Of a DNA stretch of 64,000 nt, positions 56,483 through 64,000 are shown piece after piece. The DNA lies in the IMG/VR virus record IMGVR_UViG_3300037755_000305, positions 64,001 to 128,000 of that record; one strand, given 5' to 3'. The stretch is from a virus. The notes below the pieces were generated by a model, which searched no databases, was not told the origin of the DNA, and saw nothing but the letters and a program-made list of their open reading frames with translations. The first letter of the stretch is position 1. The number at the start of each line of letters is the position of its first letter. Made by a program: the position numbers and the translations under genes.

Positions 56483-58777
56483 TTAGCTGGACCGGAAGGT
56501 TGACAATCGAACCCGCTGTCGAAGAGATGCTGTCACATCGTCGCGGGAAGCCTTCACCGGCGAAGCCGGGTTCGTGAAAGGCATGTTCCCCGCTTCGAGC
56601 TGCGAAGCAAAGTCTTCGTGCATGGGAAGTCGGTTCCCGGTAGAGGCACTCGCCTCAACTAGGGAGTTGCTCTCAGGGATTGCCTTGGCGATTGCGTCAC
56701 GCGCTTCGTCAGGCAGGTCCATGAGTTCTTCAGCCTTGGCAAGAACAGCAGCGAAGAACGGTACGGAACCCTCTTCGAAACTGGCCTCAATGAGCCCAGC
56801 AGCGTCTCGGACGCCGATGCGTCCAAGTTCACTCCAGAGCGCAGCCTTGAGCTGATGATCCTCGCCACGGAAGAAGTTGTTGTTGTAACCGGCTAGAGCA
56901 ATTCGTGTTGCGGCCATGAAGCGGTCACGGAGATTGCCGACTGCTTCAGCCAACTTCTCGTCCATTTCTGCTTCTACCTTAGCGCGAATCTTCTCAGCCA
57001 ACTTACCAGCTTCGATCTTTGCGGCGTAGGGCTTTGCGTTGATGGCACTCAGAACGTCAACAACTCCGACCTTTGCCATTGCCTGAGCGATGTTCTCAGC
57101 GTAAGGACCGGAAAGGAACGTCGAGCGTACCTCTTCGGGCTTCGGCTGAGAAGCAAGCTCGACTCGGGCGACGGGGCGGCCGTTGATGTCGATGTTCCAG
57201 TGCGGATTGTCTTGATCGGCGTTGTAGAGGGACATTACTACGTCCTCTGCTGCGACGATACCGATGTCCTCGAAATTCGAGAGCATTTCTACATGAGCGG
57301 ATTCTGCTGGGTCCATACCGTGCTGAGGCTCCATAAGCTCCTGCTGGAGCCACTCTTCGAGTGATTGTTCCATACCTGCATCGGGACCGGCAGCCGGAGC
57401 CATCGGCGCCGGAGCGCCGCCGCCGAGATCGCCACCCGGCATACCCATGCCTTCAGACGGAATCTCGGGCTCGTTTTCCGGCAGAACCGGAGGAATCCCA
57501 GGTACCATCTCGTCACCCAGTGGCATTTCCTGTGGGGCTTCCATGCTTAGAGGATCGACTGGAGCCTCGGGAAGTCCAAGCGGATCGGCCGTCGGGTCTG
57601 GCATTCCAGGAACCGGAGGAGCCTCTACAGGAGCAGGGCCCCCCATCGGGTCCACTGGAGGCATTGCTGTAGCCTTCTTACGTGCAGCAGTAGGTGTGTT
57701 GCTCTCCTTGGCTCGATCGTCATCCTTGGCGGAAAAAGAATCAGAATCGACAGCGTTGCTATCTACCGAGGGAGAACCAGTCTGCTCGTCCGTCTCTGAA
57801 CCTGCCTGAGCAGGGTGACGCTCCGGGTCAAGGAAGGGAACGTCGTCCAGGCTTACAACCTTGGGCTCTTCAAAACCATCGTCAGAAGAGGCGGGCTTGT
57901 GGGACGGGGAACCGTTCTGGGGTCCATACAAGGTGATGTCGTCAATGCCTACCTCTTCCTTGTTTTCGTTCACCTGATCGACAGCCTGTACATACCACGC
58001 CTTGATCTGCTTGGCGAGCTTCGGGTTTGACTTGGCTTCAGCACTGTTCAGGAAGTTCTTAGCAATCGTCATCTTGCGGGCCGTGACGAATTTCTTGAGC
58101 CAAGAAAGAACTTTGGTCGTCTGCTCAGCCTTCTCGGGAGCAGCGGCCTCAGCCGTGTGAAGATAGGCAAACCCGTAACGGGCCTGGGCCTCACGAGCTG
58201 CCTCAGGGGTGGGCTTCCATGCGTCAAGACCGGCACGAACCTGCTTGCGCTGTGCGTGCTTGGGGTTTCGGTCGAGCCACTGAAGAACCTTGACTGCCTT
58301 CTCGATGTTGGCATCAGCGTCTTCCGCCATGATCTTTCGTAGGTCGGCAATGTCGTCGGTCGTAAGAGCGTGTACAGAAGCGTGCGGGTCCTTAGGGGCC
58401 ACAGAAAGCTCCTCCTCTAGTGTGTCGGGAAGCTGAACACTGGGGCCACCGCCGCCATTGTTCTTCTGCTGCTCACCGGCGTCATCGTCGGCAGCAGCCA
58501 GGGTCTCAGGAATCTCTGGGTTGCCTTCTACGGCGGGCTTACCGTCGTAAGGAGGACCAACTTCGCCAGCTTCCTCGTTAGAACCCTGCTCATAAGCTCG
58601 GGTTTCGAGATCAGGCGTGTCGGGGGAGTTGGTGTCAACCAGCTTTACCACGTCGTCTGCAATCTCGACATCAGTATCGTGCGTGCCGCCGCCGGGTCCG
58701 ACTGCGGGATCAAGAGCGCCAGGATCACCGGCTGTTGCCTTGTGGCCAAGAGCCTTACGTACTTTGTTCAAATCCAT
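56483..58777 (-). CDS. Putative prohead scaffolding/core protein
   Basis: 764 aa; acidic, Pro-rich disordered blocks and a C-terminal coiled coil; lies between protease and MCP. Confidence 0.6.
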   Translation of the reverse strand: MDLNKVRKALGHKATAGDPGALDPAVGPGGGTHDTDVEIADDVVKLVDTNSPDTPDLETRAYEQGSNEEAGEVGPPYDGKPAVEGNPEIPETLAAADDDAGEQQKNNGGGGPSVQLPDTLEEELSVAPKDPHASVHALTTDDIADLRKIMAEDADANIEKAVKVLQWLDRNPKHAQRKQVRAGLDAWKPTPEAAREAQARYGFAYLHTAEAAAPEKAEQTTKVLSWLKKFVTARKMTIAKNFLNSAEAKSNPKLAKQIKAWYVQAVDQVNENKEEVGIDDITLYGPQNGSPSHKPASSDDGFEEPKVVSLDDVPFLDPERHPAQAGSETDEQTGSPSVDSNAVDSDSFSAKDDDRAKESNTPTAARKKATAMPPVDPMGGPAPVEAPPVPGMPDPTADPLGLPEAPVDPLSMEAPQEMPLGDEMVPGIPPVLPENEPEIPSEGMGMPGGDLGGGAPAPMAPAAGPDAGMEQSLEEWLQQELMEPQHGMDPAESAHVEMLSNFEDIGIVAAEDVVMSLYNADQDNPHWNIDINGRPVARVELASQPKPEEVRSTFLSGPYAENIAQAMAKVGVVDVLSAINAKPYAAKIEAGKLAEKIRAKVEAEMDEKLAEAVGNLRDRFMAATRIALAGYNNNFFRGEDHQLKAALWSELGRIGVRDAAGLIEASFEEGSVPFFAAVLAKAEELMDLPDEARDAIAKAIPESNSLVEASASTGNRLPMHEDFASQLEAGNMPFTNPASPVKASRDDVTASLRQRVRLSTFRSS

Positions 58778-58926
58778 TTTGAATATCCTCTTTTTAGAAC
58801 TTTGGTTCTCTGGGCTCGGGATCGCTGTTTATTAGATGAGGAATCAATGGACCCACACCCGAGCCTTATTCATAGCAGGTGGATTTTGCTGCTGGTAACA
58901 TATATATAACCACTCAAAAGGATGAA

Positions 58927-59379
58927 TTATCCTCTGTTTTTTCTACCGCGCATCAAAGCGCTTCCATAATCACTTAGAGCACCGCAAGCAGGGCAATGAC
59001 AATTATTGGCGTGATCCGAAGACGTTATATAGGAAAAGGCACAAGAATCGCAAGAATGCAGCAATTTCGAGAACTTAGAGGTAGACAGAGCCTTCTGTAC
59101 ATCCTCGTAAGAGATAGGCCCTTGGTATTTCATGGGCTTACCGTTTAGCGGGCTGAAAATCTCGCTAGTCATGCGCGAAGAGATGGTATTTTCTCCGTCA
59201 GAGAACAATCCATAACTGAAGCCGCCATCCGGGGGCGGACCGAAATATGAATAACCACCTTCTTCACCGATAGGTTCGAGGGCAACGGGTTTTGAAACAT
59301 GTGGGTTATAGTGGTACCCTCCGTGACCGTAACCAACGACCTTCCAGTTAAGCGATTCTGCTAGCTTCTTAGTATACAT
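58927..59379 (-). CDS. Hypothetical protein with LAESLNW motif and C-terminal Zn ribbon
   Basis: CDSC and CPAC pairs. Confidence 0.6.
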   Translation of the reverse strand: MYTKKLAESLNWKVVGYGHGGYHYNPHVSKPVALEPIGEEGGYSYFGPPPDGGFSYGLFSDGENTISSRMTSEIFSPLNGKPMKYQGPISYEDVQKALSTSKFSKLLHSCDSCAFSYITSSDHANNCHCPACGALSDYGSALMRGRKNRG

Positions 59380-60137
59380 TACCAGTTAAATTCTCCCACC
59401 ATAGAATAGGACTTGAAAGACTTACCGGGAATGCTGCGCTTCGTAACACTGTTTTCGGCGTCTTCAATGCGCTTAGCGCCCTTGGGTTTCTCGTGTGTCT
59501 TTACGCCCCTGTCTATGATTGACTTTAGACCCCAAGCCGGGTGCTCGCCGTGCTCGCCGTGCTCGCCGGTGTCGTCAAAAGTTTCAGACTTGTGCGTAGA
59601 CCAATTCAATTTTGCTGCTACACTTCCCATCATAGTTCTCTCGTAGTAGTCTCTGTCTCCGCCTCGTTGCCACTGTGGAGGAAGAGGTGCGGTATACTCG
59701 CTAGGGCTATCAATCAAATTTAACAACTGGTCATTAGGAACGTACTCATCGTCCAACATGATTTCGTTTTGGTCATCTTGCATCCAACCCTGGTTATCGG
59801 GTGTTGTGTTCGGGTTGCATTTGCCAATCTTGGGATCTTCTCCCTCTTCGCACGGTCGGGCCTCGGAAACGTCAGTACGCCAGCTCAATAGCTCAGCCAT
59901 AGGAAATCCTACACCTCGATAAGTTTCGTCTATTTGTGTAAGCTCTTCACTGACTGTGTGATCCGTCTTGTGCTTTTCCTTACGATTATAACCTTTTCCG
60001 CCTTTTTTACTGCTTTGTGGTCCGGCACTATTTTGGTTCACATCCTTATGCACTTCACGACTGGCTCGTCGAAGATCCTTAGAGATTTTCGGAGTCTTCT
60101 GTCCGCTGCCTTGTCTTCGTGTAGGTCCCTTTCCCAT
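59379..60137 (-). CDS. Hypothetical hydrophilic protein with VAAKLNW motif
   Basis: 252 aa; basic N-terminus, acidic middle; lies in the head module. Confidence 0.6.
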   Translation of the reverse strand: MGKGPTRRQGSGQKTPKISKDLRRASREVHKDVNQNSAGPQSSKKGGKGYNRKEKHKTDHTVSEELTQIDETYRGVGFPMAELLSWRTDVSEARPCEEGEDPKIGKCNPNTTPDNQGWMQDDQNEIMLDDEYVPNDQLLNLIDSPSEYTAPLPPQWQRGGDRDYYERTMMGSVAAKLNWSTHKSETFDDTGEHGEHGEHPAWGLKSIIDRGVKTHEKPKGAKRIEDAENSVTKRSIPGKSFKSYSMVGEFNW

Positions 60138-60143
60138 AACATG

Positions 60144-60884
60144 CTACCGGATAGAATCTGACAAGGCTGTCGGATCTGCCGGGTCCTCTACGGAACTCTG
60201 CTCAAAGAACTGCACGCCAGCGCAAAGCTGATAGACAAGTCGACTATCCACGATAGATCCCTTACCCATTGCCATGCACCGACATGGCTTCTTGATGACT
60301 TCGACCTCGCCACAGTTGGAGCACACGAAGTTCTGCACCAAAGCACCCATAGAGTAGCCGTTTCGGCGACCCGACAGGATGTCTGCTACAAGTTTCTGGT
60401 CCTTTGTGCGGTCGAAACCAGCAAGAGTCCTAATCTTCCATACGTTGTACGCTGGCACAAACTGGAGGGTAGAGTCGAAATGAACGCCCTTAGCCTCCAG
60501 TGGGTCAGAGTTTTTGTGGTCGATGTGCGTCGGGCGTCCTGTGAAGGTCTGATAAACCAGCGAACCTTGCATGTTGTCGAAGAAAGAAACCTCTTCGTAG
60601 GGGAACGCCTGAAGATTCCGGTTCGGGATATCAATCGTCACAGACGGAATGTCAACAATTACGTAGTCGTTGATGTCTCCGCTGATCTTGTAAGTGTCCG
60701 CAGCAGCCTGAAGCCAAGAAACATCAATGTCTCGCTTGAAATTGCTGGAAATTTCCTTGCCTTCTAGAACACTGGCAGTTACGCCCCTACCTTTGTCGTA
60801 CTGGTAGGACTTATTACGTGCTTCGACCTTGTGCTCCGCCGAAACAACGGAGCCGTGTACAATATGGGGTGAATGTTCTGCCAT
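60144..60884 (-). CDS. Prohead maturation protease
   Basis: PNRN-x-x-AFP-x-EE, TF-x-GRP-x-H-x-DH, GYSMG and CSNC motifs typical of large-phage prohead proteases; head-module position. Confidence 0.7.
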   Translation of the reverse strand: MAEHSPHIVHGSVVSAEHKVEARNKSYQYDKGRGVTASVLEGKEISSNFKRDIDVSWLQAAADTYKISGDINDYVIVDIPSVTIDIPNRNLQAFPYEEVSFFDNMQGSLVYQTFTGRPTHIDHKNSDPLEAKGVHFDSTLQFVPAYNVWKIRTLAGFDRTKDQKLVADILSGRRNGYSMGALVQNFVCSNCGEVEVIKKPCRCMAMGKGSIVDSRLVYQLCAGVQFFEQSSVEDPADPTALSDSIR

Positions 60885-60918
60885 TTTCCCTCCTAACGGC
60901 CGGTACTTAGAATATAAG

Positions 60919-61869
60919 CTACGAATTCAGCCTTTCCCACAGAGAAGCTGTGCAGATCTTTTGATTAACTTGAGAACTTACCGCTTTGCGCAACACTTCT
61001 TCGTTCACAGGGATACTTGAAATAGTGCGCTCGTAAGACTGTTCTGTCAAAGGCAGAACCACATTCGGAAGTGTATTAGCTCCCAGGCGCATGAAAGCAT
61101 AACATTGTCCGTAATCGTCCCACTCACCAAGAAGCTCGCCATCGCGAGAAAGAGCTAGTTTTCCACCACGGGCTTCAAACTTAAGACTTCCAGTAGGGTC
61201 GGAGTCTCGAAAATTCTCTGTCTTACTGATTACTTGACCCCTCTTACTGTTGAGGAAATCCAGCCACTTTCCAATATGGGTCTGTGCTACTGTGTATTGT
61301 ATTTCGCAGTTGGTTCGAAGCTTCGAACGTAAACGATCGGCAACAGCCGCCGAAACCGGAGACGGCTTGGCGGGATTGGCAGGCATTTCTGGCATTGCTT
61401 GGTCAGCCTTAGCAAGGCGAGACAGTACCCCTCCTGCCTGTTGCAGGTAAGAATCTTCCATCATCTTAGCTCGATCTTTATGTGCCTGTTCTTGGGCCTC
61501 TTGTGGGTATAGCTGACTGAACAAGTCACACTTACGACAGAACTGCTTGATGAGACCAGCCTGCTCCTTGGCTTGCGTGGCAACGTTCTCCAGAGTAGAC
61601 ATGTATGCCTTCTCTTCGCCCAGAATCTTTCCTGCAATGTCTCCGCCTACGTGATAGCGCTTTCCATCCCGCTTAACTACCTCGAAATTGCATCCATTGA
61701 TAGGCACTTCAAGCATGTAGATAGCAGCTAGCTTGGGGTGACGTAGGTTAAAGCGCATGTCGAAAGCCAACACCTCGTTCAGCTTTACGATGTCTTCCGC
61801 AAAGCCGTGTACGATAGCCGATCCCGCCAACGCAGTAATTTTCTTGATGCTGTCAGATTGATTGCTCAT
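60919..61869 (-). CDS. Hypothetical protein
   Basis: 316 aa ORF between SOD and protease. Confidence 0.6.
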   Translation of the reverse strand: MSNQSDSIKKITALAGSAIVHGFAEDIVKLNEVLAFDMRFNLRHPKLAAIYMLEVPINGCNFEVVKRDGKRYHVGGDIAGKILGEEKAYMSTLENVATQAKEQAGLIKQFCRKCDLFSQLYPQEAQEQAHKDRAKMMEDSYLQQAGGVLSRLAKADQAMPEMPANPAKPSPVSAAVADRLRSKLRTNCEIQYTVAQTHIGKWLDFLNSKRGQVISKTENFRDSDPTGSLKFEARGGKLALSRDGELLGEWDDYGQCYAFMRLGANTLPNVVLPLTEQSYERTISSIPVNEEVLRKAVSSQVNQKICTASLWERLNS

Positions 61870-62840
61870 TACTCGTCCTCTCGAAGCTTTTCCCAGAGAC
61901 TCTCTCGGAAACGCGCGTTCTTACCGCGCACTTCTTCGTCAAACATTTCGTCTTCAGACTTGAAAGTGATTTTGGCTAATGCTTTAATTCTATCTCGTGC
62001 AGCTTCCAGATCAGCTCTCGTTACTCCTCCCTCAACAGAGCTTTGTACTCTGGGATTGGGAGAAATAGACTTTTCATTTCTGGAATCTAACCCTTCAACA
62101 TGCGGTCCGCCATTTTCGTTATAGAAGTTTTCATCAGGGAAACCAAAATCATCTCTCTGCTCACTAAGCAGGTTTCTTACGTAATCTTCTGCCTGCTCGG
62201 GAATAGCTGTTCGCATAAGCTCAGAAGCATTTTGGATGACTCCAACTCTGTGCTCAATGATGCTCCAGTTGATGCTCTTGGCTATGTGTTCAAGATACGT
62301 ACCCTTATCAATTCCGTACTGCTGGGCGTATGCGTGCTCGTGACAGTCAATAACCAGAATAGGCCACAGACCTACCAAACACGGTCCAGCGTCGTTATCC
62401 ATCATAGTAACGTCTAGTTTGCCACCTACAGTGTCCCAACCAACAAGGCACCACCCGCGAGCCGCCTGTGCCGTAGGCTTGACAATATGCGACCAAAAAT
62501 CAGTAGCCTTTACGTGCGGGAACTGGGATTGTACCAAAGAAGTAAATTGCGAACCGGCAGGCATTGGAGCACTCTTAGGCGGCAATATAATGTTCTCGAA
62601 GAACAGCTCGTGTAGCATGACAGAGTTCGATAGGGATGTCTTATCGTTTTCTATGTCCCGCCATTCTCCAGAAGTGTTGGATGCTGACCTAAGTCTCTCG
62701 GGATCATACGGATTAGAGAGCTTGCCCATAGTGTCGTTCAATTTATTCACGGACATCTCGTAAAGTTTCCAATGGTCCTCGAACATCTTGGTAGACAACT
62801 CGGGAGCGAGATTAGCGAATCTGTAATGTTTCGGCTGCAT
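61869..62840 (-). CDS. sod: Fe/Mn superoxide dismutase with acidic C-terminal extension
   Basis: Metal ligands in EDHWKLY, LHELFFEN and DCHEHAY; GWCLVGWD and INW motifs; about 120 extra C-terminal residues. Confidence 0.85.
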   Translation of the reverse strand: MQPKHYRFANLAPELSTKMFEDHWKLYEMSVNKLNDTMGKLSNPYDPERLRSASNTSGEWRDIENDKTSLSNSVMLHELFFENIILPPKSAPMPAGSQFTSLVQSQFPHVKATDFWSHIVKPTAQAARGWCLVGWDTVGGKLDVTMMDNDAGPCLVGLWPILVIDCHEHAYAQQYGIDKGTYLEHIAKSINWSIIEHRVGVIQNASELMRTAIPEQAEDYVRNLLSEQRDDFGFPDENFYNENGGPHVEGLDSRNEKSISPNPRVQSSVEGGVTRADLEAARDRIKALAKITFKSEDEMFDEEVRGKNARFRESLWEKLREDE

Positions 62841-62841
62841 G

Positions 62842-63999
62842 CTATATCCCCGTTATGGCTGAGGGGGAGAACGGGCTAACGTCCTTTCCTGCCTTCGATA
62901 GAAGACTCTCTTTTTCGTCAGTAGAGAACTCTGGTGACATCATCTTGGCCAACGTCTCAAATTCTGCGTGTACGGCCTTCTTTTTCTTGCTGCTTTCCGT
63001 TTCTGTTCCAATCTTGAACAGGTGCTCAGAGATGGACTCATAGGTGGATTCCTCCATTGGGAGGACAGTAGAAACGCCAAGCCGTCTTAGAAGATAAGCC
63101 ATAAGCTCTGTCTTCACTGGGTTTCCATCTACCATACCGCTGATAGTGCGTAAGGTTTCTCCGGGACTACTGAGTTTGGAAAGGTTGCGCTTGTTCTCAA
63201 CAAAATGCTCGATAATATCTAGAGCTTCGTCGGAAGAAAGGCTCAAGAACCTATTATTTCGATCCCAGACAGGGATTGCTCGAAGCCCCAAGCTGGACAT
63301 GACTTCCTGCTCTAGGGCTTGATCGCCTGTGAATTGCTTGCGCCACTCTGCTATACGGGTGCGATATCGAGAATCTTCTCCCAGCTCTTCCATCATCTCT
63401 TCGAGATTCAGACCGGCACCAGAGGCCCATTGCTTCAAGGTGACGGGAACGCCTGCTTCGTCAACGGATTGAAGCATCTCTAGGAAGTTCATGTCGCCTT
63501 CAGGTTGTAGCTTCTTATCCCATACGATCTTTGGCATCAAGAGATCTTCTCTGGGAATCTCGTGCGCTTGTTTCCAATTTACCGTGTTGCCTCTGCGAGG
63601 TCCTCTGCCGTGGCTCCTGGAACCGGGCTTGGTGAAACCGTGTACTCTGGCAATAGTGGCGAAGATCTTCTCGTAAAAAACTCTTCGGTCCATATAAGCT
63701 CTCAGGGTCCGCAAGGACTCCATGAACACTGAGAGCGCTGTTTCCATGTTGTTATACGTATTGGAAACCATGATGGAATTAGCCGCAAAAAGGTGCTCGG
63801 AGCCATCTTCCAAAGTCAAGCAATAAGTGTTTTTCTCTCCAACATCTTCGATACTTTCTACAGGGGTAAAGAAATACCGATTACTAATCAGGTCCGCGCA
63901 AAAAGCAGAACGATCTTCACAGATTTCCAAATCCTCATAAGAAACGGCAGAGTAATTGAACTTCTTTCGAGTAGTGGTTTTGTATATCCCAGAAACGTA
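62842..63999 (-). CDS. Probable portal protein, C-terminal part (5'-truncated), intein-containing
   Basis: Frame open to the window end. After the intein junction come LSVF-x-E-x-L, PKIVW-x-K-x-L and G-x-PV-x-L-x-x-W helical segments; first gene of the head module. Confidence 0.6.
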   Translation of the reverse strand, partial: YVSGIYKTTTRKKFNYSAVSYEDLEICEDRSAFCADLISNRYFFTPVESIEDVGEKNTYCLTLEDGSEHLFAANSIMVSNTYNNMETALSVFMESLRTLRAYMDRRVFYEKIFATIARVHGFTKPGSRSHGRGPRRGNTVNWKQAHEIPREDLLMPKIVWDKKLQPEGDMNFLEMLQSVDEAGVPVTLKQWASGAGLNLEEMMEELGEDSRYRTRIAEWRKQFTGDQALEQEVMSSLGLRAIPVWDRNNRFLSLSSDEALDIIEHFVENKRNLSKLSSPGETLRTISGMVDGNPVKTELMAYLLRRLGVSTVLPMEESTYESISEHLFKIGTETESSKKKKAVHAEFETLAKMMSPEFSTDEKESLLSKAGKDVSPFSPSAITGI

Positions 64000-64000
64000 T
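63760..64000 (-). mobile_element. C-terminal part of an intein
   Basis: I-E-x-VGE-x-x-TYCLTLEDGSEHLFAANSIMVSN|T is block F/G-like, with penultimate Ser and +1 Thr. Confidence 0.85.

Overview
This window is a 64 kb segment of a large tailed bacteriophage genome (contractile-tailed, jumbo-phage-like gene content), read in the standard genetic code. The first ~19 kb is + strand and mostly replication, nucleotide metabolism and accessory genes: a family A DNA polymerase with an N-terminal UDG-like domain, a nucleoside deoxyribosyltransferase-like protein, ThyX split by an HNH-type intein, a secreted protein plus OmpA-domain pair, two GT9-like glycosyltransferases, a 2OG-Fe(II) oxygenase, a vWA protein, a PIF1-like helicase and a metallophosphoesterase. 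From ~18.9 kb to the end all convincing genes are on the - strand and form the virion module: intein-containing portal (cut by the window end), Fe/Mn SOD, prohead protease, scaffold, decoration protein, major capsid protein, HNH, five Thr-rich collagen-like fibre genes, a large MTase-GT2-TPR-GT9 fusion, tail sheath, tube, chaperones with a -1 frameshift site, and tape measure. Best leads: (1) a possible phage-encoded system that glycosylates, methylates and perhaps hydroxylates Gly-X-Thr collagen fibres; (2) a short peptide motif [LIV]A[AE]xLNW in five unrelated proteins including an Acb1-like 2H phosphoesterase, possibly a capsid-targeting or processing tag; (3) a 31-nt promoter-like element in five dispersed copies; (4) two structured non-coding regions (19950-20110 and a pseudoknot in the capsid gene leader). 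All functional calls come from motif recognition by eye; no database search was run.
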